64,000 bases of DNA from an uncultured Phycisphaerales bacterium (GCA_963718665.1 OY970359.1:224001-288000), one strand, 5' to 3'. Positions 20,886 to 32,621 are shown, numbered from the stretch's first letter. Notes: a model not told the origin generated them from the letters alone. Numbers and translations: made by a program.

Positions 20886-23600
20886 ATGAAGAAAGACAAT
20901 GAGCCGCAGGAGCGGTTCGAGAATATACCAATACTCGATGAGCTGAAGAACTCATACCTTAATTACGCGATGAGCGTCATCGTATCGCGTGCCCTGCCGG
21001 ACGTCCGCGACGGCTTAAAACCCTCCCAAAGACGAATTCTGGTCGCGATGAACGACCTCAACCTTGGCCCACGAAGCAAACACCGTAAATGCGCAAAAAT
21101 AGTCGGCGACACCGGCGGTAATTATCATCCGCACGGTGACCAGGCGACCTATGGAACCCTCGTCCGCTTGGGCCAGGACTGGAATATGCGTTACACGCTG
21201 GTTGACCCGCAGGGCAACTTCGGCTCAATCGACGCAGACCCCCCCGCCGCGATGCGTTACACCGAGGCAAGAATGACCTCGGCGGCGACGGATATGCTCG
21301 AAGACCTCGAATACGAAACCGTCGATTTTGTGCCCAACTACGATGAGACAAGAACAGAGCCGACGGTATTGCCTTCGAAGCTCCCGAATCTGTTAGTCAA
21401 CGGCTCAACCGGTATAGCCGTTGGTATGGCAACCAACCTCCCGCCTCATAATATCGCCGAGGTTTGCGACGCCCTGCTGCTCGTCGTCGATGACCCCAAA
21501 TGCGGCTTCAAAGACATTATGGCAAAGCTGCCCGGCCCTGATTTCCCGACAGGCGGAATAATCTGCGGCAGACAGGGAATTGTCGAGGCCTACACAAAAG
21601 GCAAAGGGCATTTAGTCGTAAGAGCCAAGACAGAAATCGAACAGTCGAAAAAGGGAAAAGAATGTATCGTCATAACTGAAATCCCCTATATGGTGGTCAA
21701 GACGAGCATCGTTTCAAAAATAGCCGACTGCGTCCGCGATGGGCAAATCGCCGAGATTTCCGACGTCAGGGACGAATCGGACCGCCACGGTATGAGAATC
21801 GTGGTCGAAATCAAAAAAGATTGCGATGCGCAGGTCGCGCTGAACAAACTTTTTGAGTTCACCCAGTTACAGACCACCTTCGCAATCGCCAACGTCGCGC
21901 TGGTCAACAACCGGCCCGAAACGCTCAATATCCGCCAGATGCTCGATCTGTTTATCGACCATCGAAAGGTGGTCATACGCAGACGAAGTATGTTCCTGCT
22001 CAAACGCTGCCAAAACAGGGCGCACATTCTCGAAGGCCTCATCCTGGCGGTCAGCGACATAGATGAAATAATCGAACTCATCAAAAAATCACCCGACGCC
22101 CCCACCGCCAAGCTGAACCTGATGAAAAAGCCGTTGAAACTGGCGGAAACCGAAACCCTGCGAAAACTACTGTCTAAGGAATTCATCAAGGAAAAGACAA
22201 AGGAAAAGCAATTCCTCACAAGCCCGCAGGCGGACGCCATCCTGACGATGCAATTGCAGCGGCTGACGGGCCTCGAAATAGAAAAACTCGCAAAGGAGTA
22301 TAGCGGCCTCGTTGAGCAAATCGAAGGTTACGAGGCGATTTTAGCCAAGGACTCAGTCCTGATGGATATCATCCGTGAAGACATTCACGAGATGAAGACC
22401 AAATACGGCGACGCCAGACGCACAAAAATCACCGCAAAACAGGCCGAGACCTTCGACCTCGAAGACCTCATCGCCGACGAAGAGGTCATCGTTACCGTAA
22501 GCCACTCCGGCTACGTCAAGCGAATGCCTATCGACACCTATAGAAAACAAGGTCGGGGCGGCACCGGCATAATCGGCTCTGACACCAAGGAAGGCGATTT
22601 CATCGAACACATGTTCACCGCCTCCACCCACGACTACCTCCTGATTTTCACCAACCGCGGCAAGTGCTATTGGTTAAAGGTCTATGACATTCCCAGCTTG
22701 ACGCGGCAGAGCAGGGGAAGGAGTATCGCCAACCTGCTCAACCTCGGTGACCAGTCAATCGCCTCGGTAATCAATGTTGCCCGGCTTGTTGAAAACGAGG
22801 AATTACCCGAAGACAAACAGCCGCAGTTAGTGATGGCAACACAGAACGGCCTTATCAAAAAGACAAAACTCTCCGCATACAGCCACCCGCGCTCCGTTGG
22901 CGTTACCGCAATCAAGCTCGACCCCAACGACACGCTCATCGAGGTCGCCCAAACTACCGGCCACGACCACATAATCCTCGGCACACGCGACGGTATGGCG
23001 ATAAGATTCGATGAGCAGCAGGCACGCTCAATGGGCAGGGTATCAAGGGGCGTCCACGGAATCAGGTTACGTTCCGGCGACGCGGTCGTCGATATGGTAA
23101 TCGCTGAAGAAAAGGCATCGCTATTGACTGTCTGCGAAAAGGGTTACGGCAAACGCACCTCGCTCGACAACTACCGCTCCCAGAACCGCGGCGGCGTAGG
23201 ATTGATAAATATCAAGACCACCGACCGCAATGGAAAAGTCGTCGCACTCAAAGCAGTCCAGTTTGAAGACGAATTGATGCTGATTACCGCAAACGGAATC
23301 ATCATCCGCACAGGCCTCGACCAGATTCGTCCGATAGGCAGAAACACACAGGGCGTCCGGCTGATTAAACTCAAAGAAGGCGACAAACTCGTAGCCGCGG
23401 CAAAAATAGGCCCAGAAGTGGCGAAAGAACAGTCCGACGATTCGACAATACAAAAAGCGGAACTGCCGCTGCCGGAAGAAACTGTGCCGGAACCGGAAGA
23501 GGAAGAAGAAATCGAAGCCGAAGATGAGCCGGAAGACAGACAAAAGTCAAAACCGGAAAAGGACGAACCCAAGGACAAGGGTAAAAAGAAACGCAAGTAA
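20886..23600 (+). CDS. gyrA: DNA gyrase subunit A
   Basis: YAMSVIVSRALPDVRDGLKP, HPHGD, AAMRYTE active site, GyrA box QGRGGTG, C-terminal pinwheel and acidic tail; start taken at ATG 20886. Confidence 0.97.
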   Translation: MKKDNEPQERFENIPILDELKNSYLNYAMSVIVSRALPDVRDGLKPSQRRILVAMNDLNLGPRSKHRKCAKIVGDTGGNYHPHGDQATYGTLVRLGQDWNMRYTLVDPQGNFGSIDADPPAAMRYTEARMTSAATDMLEDLEYETVDFVPNYDETRTEPTVLPSKLPNLLVNGSTGIAVGMATNLPPHNIAEVCDALLLVVDDPKCGFKDIMAKLPGPDFPTGGIICGRQGIVEAYTKGKGHLVVRAKTEIEQSKKGKECIVITEIPYMVVKTSIVSKIADCVRDGQIAEISDVRDESDRHGMRIVVEIKKDCDAQVALNKLFEFTQLQTTFAIANVALVNNRPETLNIRQMLDLFIDHRKVVIRRRSMFLLKRCQNRAHILEGLILAVSDIDEIIELIKKSPDAPTAKLNLMKKPLKLAETETLRKLLSKEFIKEKTKEKQFLTSPQADAILTMQLQRLTGLEIEKLAKEYSGLVEQIEGYEAILAKDSVLMDIIREDIHEMKTKYGDARRTKITAKQAETFDLEDLIADEEVIVTVSHSGYVKRMPIDTYRKQGRGGTGIIGSDTKEGDFIEHMFTASTHDYLLIFTNRGKCYWLKVYDIPSLTRQSRGRSIANLLNLGDQSIASVINVARLVENEELPEDKQPQLVMATQNGLIKKTKLSAYSHPRSVGVTAIKLDPNDTLIEVAQTTGHDHIILGTRDGMAIRFDEQQARSMGRVSRGVHGIRLRSGDAVVDMVIAEEKASLLTVCEKGYGKRTSLDNYRSQNRGGVGLINIKTTDRNGKVVALKAVQFEDELMLITANGIIIRTGLDQIRPIGRNTQGVRLIKLKEGDKLVAAAKIGPEVAKEQSDDSTIQKAELPLPEETVPEPEEEEEIEAEDEPEDRQKSKPEKDEPKDKGKKKRK

Positions 23601-23671
23601 ATCAGGGAATCAGGGAACCAGAAAATCAGGAGAACATTTGGCTGACGCCCTGATTACCTGATGACCTTAAA

Positions 23672-24739
23672 ATGGCTAAAACAACACCAAAAGCTGGTGA
23701 TAAAACAAAAGCTGCCCCCCTGCTCGTGTATGTAATCGCAGGCGAAGACCCCTCCTTAGTAAACGCAAAATACACCGAAATCATCGACGGACTTGTCCCA
23801 GCCGAAGAAAGAGATGCCGGCCTGTTAGTTGTCGATGCCAACAAAGCCGTCATAGCCGAAATTCTCGATGAGCTGAGGACACTTCCTTTTTTCACAAAAA
23901 GAAAAATTGTCGCGATTCGAAACGCCGATAAATTTATCTCAGCCCACGGTCAGCAGGATGAAGAGGATGAGCAAGACAAACAAGACAGCCAAGGCGCCCC
24001 TGCCGGAGCAAGCAACCGCGAAATCCTCGAAAGATATTTTGAAAATCCCTGCCCTACCGGCATACTTGTAATGACGGTTTCCTCCTGGCCGAAAAACACC
24101 CGCTTAGCCAAAAAGCTGCCAACTATCGGAACTCTGGTAGAGATAAAACCACCTAAAAGCGAGGAATTCCCCAGTCGGATTATTAACTACGCTCGCGATG
24201 CTCACAATAAAACCCTTGATTACAGGACAGCCGGATTGCTAATCGAGCTTGCAGGCGAGAACCTTACCCGACTATATACCGAAATCGATAAACTCGCCAC
24301 TTATGCAGCAGCCGAGAAAGCGATAACAACCGCCCACGTCGAATCGCTTATCGGCCGGAATCGAGAATTCGACGCATTCGAGGTCATCGAATCCTGCCTT
24401 CAGCGAAAAACCGGCCCCGCAATCGAACGGCTGCGCAAGATGTTCGCCGAAGATAAATCCGCTGAATACACAACCATCGGCGCATTCGCGTATCACATCC
24501 GCAGGTTATTTACTGCGAAGAAAATGCTTGATGAAGGATGCTCACAGTATGAGGTCGCAGGCAAAGCCCGCATTTTTTACAATAAAGAGGCACACTTTGC
24601 GCTGCTTAAACGATTGACCCTCAAACAAATCGGCGACCAGATTCAGCTCTTAGCTGCAACCGATTACGCCATAAAACGAGGCCAGGCCCAGCCCAGAATC
24701 GCGATTGAGCAATTCGTCCTGCAATTGGCAGCGTTGTAA
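23672..24739 (+). CDS. holA: DNA polymerase III delta subunit
   Basis: VYVIAGED, ILDELRTLPFF, EIDKLATY, TDYAIKRG; 355 aa. Confidence 0.85.
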   Translation: MAKTTPKAGDKTKAAPLLVYVIAGEDPSLVNAKYTEIIDGLVPAEERDAGLLVVDANKAVIAEILDELRTLPFFTKRKIVAIRNADKFISAHGQQDEEDEQDKQDSQGAPAGASNREILERYFENPCPTGILVMTVSSWPKNTRLAKKLPTIGTLVEIKPPKSEEFPSRIINYARDAHNKTLDYRTAGLLIELAGENLTRLYTEIDKLATYAAAEKAITTAHVESLIGRNREFDAFEVIESCLQRKTGPAIERLRKMFAEDKSAEYTTIGAFAYHIRRLFTAKKMLDEGCSQYEVAGKARIFYNKEAHFALLKRLTLKQIGDQIQLLAATDYAIKRGQAQPRIAIEQFVLQLAAL

Positions 24740-24836
24740 TTGCCCCTGCCAAATAATCGAACATTCTTAATCAATAATCAATTAAAAGCAGCGGGCAAAG
24801 ACGCTTTATTGCCGCGGGGAATTACTTCTGTAAGTA

Positions 24837-26786
24837 TTATTCATCCGTTCTAAAAGATGACGCCGGCAAACCTTCCTTATTGTACAAATTCGCGCCTTCA
24901 GGATTATCAGCCCAGGCATACCGGACTGCGACAGGATTGGTCAGTTGGTCATTCCAAACCACGATTTTATTCCCCTCAATTTTTGCCTTCGCCCAGACAA
25001 ATTTTTTATCAGCGCCGGCAATAGAGAAGTACTTCAGCTCCCCATCTCCTTTTGCTGTTAATCCGCTGCCCGTATTTGTAAACGTCAGAATGATTTTATT
25101 TCCTTCGACTTTCATTGACTGGTAAATCGGGCCTGAATAAACCACTTTTTCATCGCCATAAGCCACCTTTTGAGCTGCGAGCGCCAGCCGTTTGCCTACA
25201 TCCTCTTTATTTAAAGGATGAATGTCGTTCCATTCGCCGAGGTCGATGGTTACAGCCATTCCAGTATTAGGAACAGCAAGCGTTTTAAGTTGTGCTTCTC
25301 TCGTTTCGGCCCAGCCGCTTTCAGAAGGACTGGTTTTAACCTCCATAAAATTGGCCAGTTGAACATACAAGAAAGGGAAATCCCCCTGATTCCATTTTCC
25401 TCTCCAGTCGGCTATCACCGCGGAAAACAGCTTTTGATATTCACTCGGCTTTGCGGTATTGGATTCGCCCTGATACCAAATTACTCCTTTAATTTTATAG
25501 TTTAAAAGCGGAGCTATCATGCCGTTGTATAATCCCGCCGGCTGCCACTCAATAAAAGTTTTGCCTGGTAATGGGTCCATTGCAGCGCCTAATCTGTATT
25601 GCCACTGGCCCTTTAAGTCGATTATCTGCCCTGCTGCTGAGAGATGATACGGCTTATCCAGAACAAAACCGCCCCGGCCTGAGTTACTAATAACTCTTAC
25701 TACGATGATATTCCTGCCTGCCTTTAGAAGGTCTGAAGGAATATCATATATTCTCGGCGGGTACTGGTACGAAACAGAGCCCACAGACCTGCCATTAACA
25801 TAAGTAAAATCGCCATCCACAATCCTGCCCAGCCAAAGCTTTGCCGGTTTACCGGTCATAGAAGCCGGGACGTTAACTTCTTTTCTGAACCAGACAACGC
25901 CGTTCACGTTTCCCAAGTTACCGTCAGCCCAGTACCCGGGCACATTCATTGTCGGCCATTGCGAAGCGTCGTAATTTACATCAAACCAGGGCTTTTGACC
26001 TTTTGTCAAACCATTATCAAGCTGCTGGATACGACTATACCACGCGTCGCTGACAGCTTTATCTTTTTCAGCGATTTGGTTAAGGTAATTGCTGTCTTTA
26101 AATTTTTTCGCTGTTTCCAGGCATTCAGGAAACGTCTTTAAGGCATCCTCGCTCAACCATGCCTGTGCCGGCGAGCCGCCCAAGCTTGCATTTATTAAAC
26201 CTATGGGGACATGATACTTCTCAAACAATTCTTTCGCGAAAAAATAACCCACGGCTGAAAAATGAAGAACGCTCTGGGGACTTGCCGACTCCCATCGGCC
26301 CGACTTCAAATCTTCCTGCGGCTCCTGAAAATCATATCTGTGCAGAACAATAAACTGCCTTATGTTAGGGTTGTCGGCATGAGCGATTACATCCGGATAG
26401 CGGTATTTTACCCTGTCCATAGCCAGTTCCATATTCGACTGACCTGAACATACCCATACATCGCCTATCATGATATTCGTTAGAGTTATATGATTACCGG
26501 CGTTAATATCCATACTGTATGGGCCGCCTGCTTTTAATTCAGAAAGCATTACCGCCCATTTGCCATCTGTGTCTGTAGTGGTATTATATGTTTTGCCGTT
26601 AAAGTTAATTGTTACTTTTTCACCTTTATCAGCCCAACCCCAGATTTTGACATCAGCGTCTCTTTGCAGAACCATACCATCGCTTACCAAAAGTGGAAGT
26701 TTGACCTGGCAAAGGGCTGCCTGAGAAATCAGCAATACAAAACAGCATATTGCCGAACTAAGTATTTTTACCTTCAACTTCATCAT
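24837..26786 (-). CDS. Secreted sialate O-acetylesterase-family (SASA) carbohydrate esterase
   Basis: Signal peptide, SDGMVLQR, VWVCSGQSNM, WYQGESN, DIHPLNK, VRYAW. Confidence 0.88.
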   Translation of the reverse strand: MMKLKVKILSSAICCFVLLISQAALCQVKLPLLVSDGMVLQRDADVKIWGWADKGEKVTINFNGKTYNTTTDTDGKWAVMLSELKAGGPYSMDINAGNHITLTNIMIGDVWVCSGQSNMELAMDRVKYRYPDVIAHADNPNIRQFIVLHRYDFQEPQEDLKSGRWESASPQSVLHFSAVGYFFAKELFEKYHVPIGLINASLGGSPAQAWLSEDALKTFPECLETAKKFKDSNYLNQIAEKDKAVSDAWYSRIQQLDNGLTKGQKPWFDVNYDASQWPTMNVPGYWADGNLGNVNGVVWFRKEVNVPASMTGKPAKLWLGRIVDGDFTYVNGRSVGSVSYQYPPRIYDIPSDLLKAGRNIIVVRVISNSGRGGFVLDKPYHLSAAGQIIDLKGQWQYRLGAAMDPLPGKTFIEWQPAGLYNGMIAPLLNYKIKGVIWYQGESNTAKPSEYQKLFSAVIADWRGKWNQGDFPFLYVQLANFMEVKTSPSESGWAETREAQLKTLAVPNTGMAVTIDLGEWNDIHPLNKEDVGKRLALAAQKVAYGDEKVVYSGPIYQSMKVEGNKIILTFTNTGSGLTAKGDGELKYFSIAGADKKFVWAKAKIEGNKIVVWNDQLTNPVAVRYAWADNPEGANLYNKEGLPASSFRTDE

Positions 26787-26811
26787 TATATTTTTTCAGT
26801 GTTTATCAGAA

Positions 26812-28416
26812 CTAATCGGATACGTATTCGAACCAGTCGAAATCGGCGGGGGTTGTGGATTTTTGTCCGTTGCCGGTAGCATACATACCAAAATACACGC
26901 CGGTGAAGCACATTCCATCTTCAAAACCAATCGCCTCAACGGACAAATCCTTCGTCAGGGCCGTACCTAATACCTGCATGGCACAATTGGATGACCTGCA
27001 GAAAAATTCGTAAGTCAACGGCGTCGCCTTGACCGACAACACAACAGGCCCTGCCCCGATATCAAAATATTCAACGGGCTCTATAATTTTGCCTTTGAGA
27101 ACTTTCCTGAATAAAACCTGTCGTTTGCCATTTTTAAACGTAACGCCGATTTCATAATGATGTTTGTCATTGCCGCGAATGACAAGGCCGGCTTCCTCAT
27201 TTTCGCTATTGGGGTCAAATTCAAGCAGGGTCGAAGCGACGCAGTTGAAATCGGTCTGGCGACGGCCAACAAAGGCGGGCGAATCCTTGTCGCTCATAGT
27301 TACCGCCGAGCCGTGAAGACGCAGAAAGCCAGGACGTTCCGTGAGAGACCAGTCGCCATCATAAGGATTCCTGAGAAAATTCCACTGCAACGCGAGAGAA
27401 GATTTATCGAAATCGTCCCTTGCAGAGGGCTGTTCCCAGATATGCTGCGGCAGGCGAGGAGCGGGCATAGTCAGCTCTATTGTGCCGCTTCCATTAACCA
27501 CCGGCCAGCCATTGCTGTCGAAGGCAACCGGCGCCAAGAAGGTTTCACGGCCTATGTGGTGAAAGCGACCGCCCTGCGGCCGGGTTCCAAGACAAACCAG
27601 CCACCAGCCATCAGGCGTATCTACTAAATCGGCGTGACCAACGACCTGGATTGGATGGTTTGGAATGTTGCGATGCGTTAGAATGGGGTTGTTCGGGTCA
27701 GATTCGAATGGTCCCCACGGCGTATCGCTGCGCGCGATTGTTACACTATGGTCATAGCTGGTTCCGCCCTCTGAAATCATAAGAAAATATTTGCCGTTGA
27801 TTTTATACAAATGCGGTCCTTCCGCCCAGATACCGCCTGTGCCGCCCCATATTTTTTTCAGGGGCCCTGCAAGTTTGCCTGTTTCGAGATTGAGCGTTCC
27901 CTGAGCAATATAGCCGTCGCCCTGACCTTCGTGGCGAGTGTAATAGACCTTTCCATCGTCATCGAAGAAAAGAGACGGGTCCATGCCGCTTTGGTCGAGC
28001 CAAATCGGCTCAGACCAGGGCCCCGCCGGATTTGCGGCAGTAACGTAAAAATTGCCCCCCCCGTCCACATTGGTTGTTACCATATAAAATTTACCCTTGT
28101 GATAGCGAAGCGTCGGCGCGTAGATTCCGCCTGATGCACGGACTTTGTCTAAGGGCAACTGGCTTTTGCGAGTCAGGCAATACCCGATTTGACGCCAGTG
28201 CACGAGGTCTTTACTGTGAAAAATCGGGACGCCCGGAAAGTACTCAAAGGAACTGTGCACAGTATAATAATCATCACCCACCCGGCAGATACTCGGGTCA
28301 GGATAAAAGCCGGATATAATGGGATTGCTAAAAGTTTTCGGTTGCTGTTGTGTGCAGCCGAAGACCAGAAATACAGACGAAACAAGCGGAATCCAATACT
28401 TCATACTTATAATCAT
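26812..28416 (-). CDS. GH43 beta-xylosidase/arabinofuranosidase (likely lipoprotein)
   Basis: Lipobox-like VFGC, NPIISGFYPDPSICR, GIYAPT, DPSLFFD, EGPHLYK, GHADLV. Confidence 0.92.
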   Translation of the reverse strand: MIISMKYWIPLVSSVFLVFGCTQQQPKTFSNPIISGFYPDPSICRVGDDYYTVHSSFEYFPGVPIFHSKDLVHWRQIGYCLTRKSQLPLDKVRASGGIYAPTLRYHKGKFYMVTTNVDGGGNFYVTAANPAGPWSEPIWLDQSGMDPSLFFDDDGKVYYTRHEGQGDGYIAQGTLNLETGKLAGPLKKIWGGTGGIWAEGPHLYKINGKYFLMISEGGTSYDHSVTIARSDTPWGPFESDPNNPILTHRNIPNHPIQVVGHADLVDTPDGWWLVCLGTRPQGGRFHHIGRETFLAPVAFDSNGWPVVNGSGTIELTMPAPRLPQHIWEQPSARDDFDKSSLALQWNFLRNPYDGDWSLTERPGFLRLHGSAVTMSDKDSPAFVGRRQTDFNCVASTLLEFDPNSENEEAGLVIRGNDKHHYEIGVTFKNGKRQVLFRKVLKGKIIEPVEYFDIGAGPVVLSVKATPLTYEFFCRSSNCAMQVLGTALTKDLSVEAIGFEDGMCFTGVYFGMYATGNGQKSTTPADFDWFEYVSD

Positions 28417-29543
28417 TTCGTATTTGCGGCTTTAATCACGGCATCAAAGGCCGGCTTGGGCTTATAGTTACGGTCGAACAACAAAGGATAGTTTGTGCGT
28501 CCCTTTACGGGCCAGTTATTAAGCCAGCTTGTCTTGTCGGAAACGCCCCAGAATGTAACACGGGCGATTGCGTCTTTATGTTTGAGCAGAATCGCAAAAA
28601 ACTCCGCGTAACGGTCAGCGAGTTTTTTCTGAATATCATCGGGAAGGCCATTGGCGTAAGGATTAAGCTCTTTTTGCAGTTCTACCCTGACATTGATATC
28701 CGCCCCGCGATAGTTATTGGCGCTTGGCAGTATGTCGATATCCATTTCGGTAACCATAACCTTGACGCCGAGTGCAGCCATAGCATCGATAAACGCCTCA
28801 AGGTCTTCACGCGGCGGATAATCCATACCCCAGTGCCCCTGAATACCGACGCCGTCGATGTGGAGGCCTTTGGCCTTGAGGTCTTTCACCAAGCGAACGC
28901 AGGCATCACGTTTGGCCGGCTTATCGAGAGAAAACTCATTGTAATACAATTCGGCATTCGGGTCGGCCTCGTGAGCGTATTCAAATGCCTTTGCAATGAA
29001 GTCCTCGCCGACGGTTTCGAGCCACTTCGTTTTGCGAAGCTGACCTTCGTCGCTGAGCGCCTCGTTGACAACGTCCCAGCCGTTGACCCGGCCTTTATAG
29101 CGACCGACGATGGTAAAGATGTGGTCTTTCATACGGGCAAGCATCGCATCCCGGCCCAGCAGGTTGTTGGTATCATCCCTAAACGCCCAGGCGGGTATCT
29201 GGTTTTGCCAGACAAGGGTATGGCCCACGATGAACATCTTGTTTTTTTGGCCAAAGTCCACAAAACGGTCCGCCGCGGCAAAGTCATACCTGTTCGGCTC
29301 CGGATGAATCAACGCCCACTTCATAACGTTTTCAGGCGTAATGGTATTGCAGTGCTTTTCAACAATAGCGGCGGCCTGTGAATCCTTGCCTGAAACCACG
29401 TCATCGTTGACAGCGGCGCCTATTAAAAACGCTTTCGCGAACACGTCCTTGAGAGCCGGAACATCTGCATCAGCAAAACACCTGATAGTGCCTGTCAAAA
29501 CAATTATCAAACATACCACGCAGGTTGGTATCATCACTTTCAT
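28413..29543 (-). CDS. GH10 endo-1,4-beta-xylanase
   Basis: TPENVMKW, GHTLVW, WDVVNEA (acid/base), GIQGH, VTEMD (nucleophile), TFWGV, PLLFD. Confidence 0.95.
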   Translation of the reverse strand: MKVMIPTCVVCLIIVLTGTIRCFADADVPALKDVFAKAFLIGAAVNDDVVSGKDSQAAAIVEKHCNTITPENVMKWALIHPEPNRYDFAAADRFVDFGQKNKMFIVGHTLVWQNQIPAWAFRDDTNNLLGRDAMLARMKDHIFTIVGRYKGRVNGWDVVNEALSDEGQLRKTKWLETVGEDFIAKAFEYAHEADPNAELYYNEFSLDKPAKRDACVRLVKDLKAKGLHIDGVGIQGHWGMDYPPREDLEAFIDAMAALGVKVMVTEMDIDILPSANNYRGADINVRVELQKELNPYANGLPDDIQKKLADRYAEFFAILLKHKDAIARVTFWGVSDKTSWLNNWPVKGRTNYPLLFDRNYKPKPAFDAVIKAANTK

Positions 29544-29561
29544 AGCAAATTCCTTTCCTGT

Positions 29562-31076
29562 TTAAGCGTATTTGAACTGTTTGCGACGTTCCGCCAATTC
29601 GTCGGCCATCTGGATGGTCAGGCGTTTGTTGAGCTTGTAGATGATGAGCAGGACGGTGCAGACGGCAAAGAGCAGGCCAACCACGATTCCGCTGCAGACC
29701 CGGAAACCCTGCACCGCCTGGGGCGCGTCAGGCAACTTGGTATTGTAGTTGAAAAATCCGGCCATGAACCACAGGAACGAGGACGAGCCGAGCGCCAATC
29801 CGGATTTTAACGCAAAGCCGATGGTGGCGAAAACAATGCCGGTAAATCGGCGTCCGGTCTTCCACTCGGAGTAATCAGCCACGTCCGCGTAGATGGCCCA
29901 GATAAGCGGGATGGTTGGGGCATAGCAGATCGCGATCAGAATCGTCAATGCGACCATGCCGTTGACGTTGGTCGGGCCAAGCAAATAGAATGCGAAGGTG
30001 CTTAGGGCAGCCAACCCGAAACCGCCAGCAGCAACGGCCTTCTTGCCGAATTTCATGGAGAGGACCGGCGACAGTAGGAGGACGATGATGGTAACGCCTG
30101 TGCCAATCATGTTGATGATACTGTTGAAGACGTCGGCAACATTGGAATTTGCCAGGTTAGACCTGTCTCCATGCACAATATAACCAAGCCACTCGAGAAT
30201 GCCGGCGGGCCGGGGTGCCCCGGGTTCAATCACAGGCCCGGTGAGGCCCAACTTTTGCACCCAATCGTACATGGCCGCTTTGTCGACATAGTGATGATAG
30301 TAGTTGTAAAGCGCGCCTCCGCGGAATGTCAGGATGGCAAAATGGACCAGCGTCATGGCAAACATCACGACCCACGGACTGTTTTTGATCAGGCCGGTAA
30401 AATCCTGCATGAAATCTGATTTTTGCTGTGGCGGCGGTTGAATGCGTTCTTTGGTGCTGAAGAACGTAATCAGAAACAGCACGAGGCAGAGGGAGGCCCA
30501 GATGGTCATGATCACCCGCCAGCCGTATTGCAGATCATGGCCGACGGCGAATTTGGCGACCAGAGGCAGGGTAAGCCCGCCGACGATAAACTGGGCCGCG
30601 TTCACCGAAATGAACCGAAACGAATTGAGTTTGGCTCGCTCATTGACATCGCCAGTCATCACGCCGCCCAGCGCAGCATACGGCATGTTATTCATTGAGT
30701 AAATCGACATTAGCAGGATATTGGTGATGGCGGCGTACGCAATCATCGCGCCCATGCTCCAGCCCTTGGGTGTGGTGTAGGCGAGGACCATAACGACGCA
30801 CCAGGGCAGCGCCGTAAACAGGACCCAGGGACGAAACTTTCCCCATCGCGTCTTGGTGCGGTCGGCGAGCACTCCCACAATGGGATCAGCGACCGCATCC
30901 CACAACCGTGCCACAAGAAGAATAGTTGCCGCGGCACTGGCCGTGATTCCGAACACATCCGTGTAAAAATTCGTCTGGAAGAGAATCATCGTCATAAAGA
31001 CGAAGTTCGCGGCGGCGTCACCCAAACTGTATCCGGATTTTTCCAAAAACGAGAGCTTTTTCGATGCATCCTGCAT
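29562..31076 (-). CDS. GPH-family (MFS) glycoside:cation symporter, probable xyloside transporter
   Basis: GYSLGDAAAN, FYTDVFGI, WDAVADP, DRTKTRWGKFRPW, ADYSEWKTGRR. Confidence 0.92.
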   Translation of the reverse strand: MQDASKKLSFLEKSGYSLGDAAANFVFMTMILFQTNFYTDVFGITASAAATILLVARLWDAVADPIVGVLADRTKTRWGKFRPWVLFTALPWCVVMVLAYTTPKGWSMGAMIAYAAITNILLMSIYSMNNMPYAALGGVMTGDVNERAKLNSFRFISVNAAQFIVGGLTLPLVAKFAVGHDLQYGWRVIMTIWASLCLVLFLITFFSTKERIQPPPQQKSDFMQDFTGLIKNSPWVVMFAMTLVHFAILTFRGGALYNYYHHYVDKAAMYDWVQKLGLTGPVIEPGAPRPAGILEWLGYIVHGDRSNLANSNVADVFNSIINMIGTGVTIIVLLLSPVLSMKFGKKAVAAGGFGLAALSTFAFYLLGPTNVNGMVALTILIAICYAPTIPLIWAIYADVADYSEWKTGRRFTGIVFATIGFALKSGLALGSSSFLWFMAGFFNYNTKLPDAPQAVQGFRVCSGIVVGLLFAVCTVLLIIYKLNKRLTIQMADELAERRKQFKYA

Positions 31077-31554
31077 TTGTGTCCCCTTAAATTTCGTCTT
31101 CGGGTTTACAAACCTAAACTAAACTAATATAAGAGGAGAATAGCAAAACGCCGCCGCTTTTCAACCATAATGTTAAATATTTTTATCATTATAACGCCTT
31201 TGCACATAAGGACATACGTCATTTAAGCCCACTTGGTTTTTTGCTGTCTTGGGTGGGTAAAACTTTGTCGGTAAGGTTAATCCCGCCGGTCAGATTTGGC
31301 GGGGTTTACCCCGCCCTGTGATTCGCAATAACGCTGAAAAATTATCTCTACGGCACAACGGATAATACTTCTGTGATAACGCAAACGTCTGCCAGCAACG
31401 TTAAACAGAATGCTGTGAAACCGCAGGAAGAACTGCTTAAATTGCAGAAAACTGCACTATCCTGACTGCAAATGGAATAGACAAAATACTTACCAGAATT
31501 GAATTTGTTTTTTGGCCTCGGCGATTGCAACGGGTGGACCTTAACGGCCGTGTT

Positions 31555-32478
31555 TTACGGCGAACAATTAGCTGTATGGCCTGAGCAATAAAGACCCATA
31601 TCCGCAACCCACATCCCGGGGTTTTGGGGACGACCATCGTAATCCTTTGTGACGAAAATATCCTGTTTTTTCATATATGAGACGTGGCTGTCATAGAACG
31701 CGACATTGGCGCCTTCACTGTGGCGATAAATTGTAGGACCATAAATCACTGTACTACCTGCTGGATATACGGTACCAGCGTCGTGTCTATACGCTCCAAT
31801 AGTCGCCTGGTGGTAAACATCCCATGCTACTCTATAATCAGCGCCATCCCAGCCAACCCACCAGTCAATACCATCTACAAAGGCAAGTTTTTCAGAAGCC
31901 CTTTTTATCGACTGAGCCGTATTGCCTGCAGAAGGGAGAGTAGTCCAGTCTGCACTATCACACACTGTAATATTCCCATATTGTCTAACGAATTCCGCGC
32001 AGTTATAACCATAACTCACTGAAACCGTGTTGGTATTGACGGTGCTCACGGCGTTGTAGATATTTTTGCTTATATCGTCGCTGGGGCAAAGATATTCTTT
32101 TTGAACCATAAACTGACTTGCTGCCTCATTCGCAGTAAGTACATCTTCCGCATTATGACGGAGTTTCATTTGCATAATGTTCCGAAAAAGCGTGTTCTGC
32201 ATCCAAGGCGTCGTTACAATCGTCGGAACGCTACCTCCTCTGGTGGTGCTTGTAGAAACACCGGTGACCCCAAAATTAATGGGCACAAAACTCCCATCGC
32301 ACGATTGTGAATAAATCAAATTAGCCGTCATAAGCGTCTTCAAATGATTGGCGCATACTATCCTCTTGGCAAGGTCTCTGGCCTTGCTGAGAGCAGGCAG
32401 CAATACCGCCATCAACAAAGCGATAATTGCAATTACAACCAGAAGTTCAACCAGCGTAAATCCTTTTAACTTTCTCAT
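31555..32478 (-). CDS. Prepilin-type N-methylation (DUF1559-like) protein with C-terminal H-X9-D(G/S) motif
   Basis: [30 protein letters not shown]...[26 protein letters not shown]. Confidence 0.9.
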   Translation of the reverse strand: MRKLKGFTLVELLVVIAIIALLMAVLLPALSKARDLAKRIVCANHLKTLMTANLIYSQSCDGSFVPINFGVTGVSTSTTRGGSVPTIVTTPWMQNTLFRNIMQMKLRHNAEDVLTANEAASQFMVQKEYLCPSDDISKNIYNAVSTVNTNTVSVSYGYNCAEFVRQYGNITVCDSADWTTLPSAGNTAQSIKRASEKLAFVDGIDWWVGWDGADYRVAWDVYHQATIGAYRHDAGTVYPAGSTVIYGPTIYRHSEGANVAFYDSHVSYMKKQDIFVTKDYDGRPQNPGMWVADMGLYCSGHTANCSP

Positions 32479-32621
32479 AATACAGTTTAAAAAATCCTTA
32501 CAATACAATTCTCAACAAAACCAGCTCACCATCCCGTTTGAAAAACGGGAGCCGTTTTGTGACGTCTGAAAGTTTCAGTTTCAATTATTCCACCAATAGC
32601 TTTCGGCCTCCAAATAAATTG

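Noticed and set aside
24740..24836. Possible attL partner for a tRNA-Ser-integrated island
   Set aside because: No tRNA-Ser 3' sequence is visible here and there is no integrase in the window, so no mobile element is called.
31328..31530. Short open frames between the MFS and DUF1559-like genes
   Set aside because: No convincing start or ribosome-binding site and no recognisable motif on either strand.
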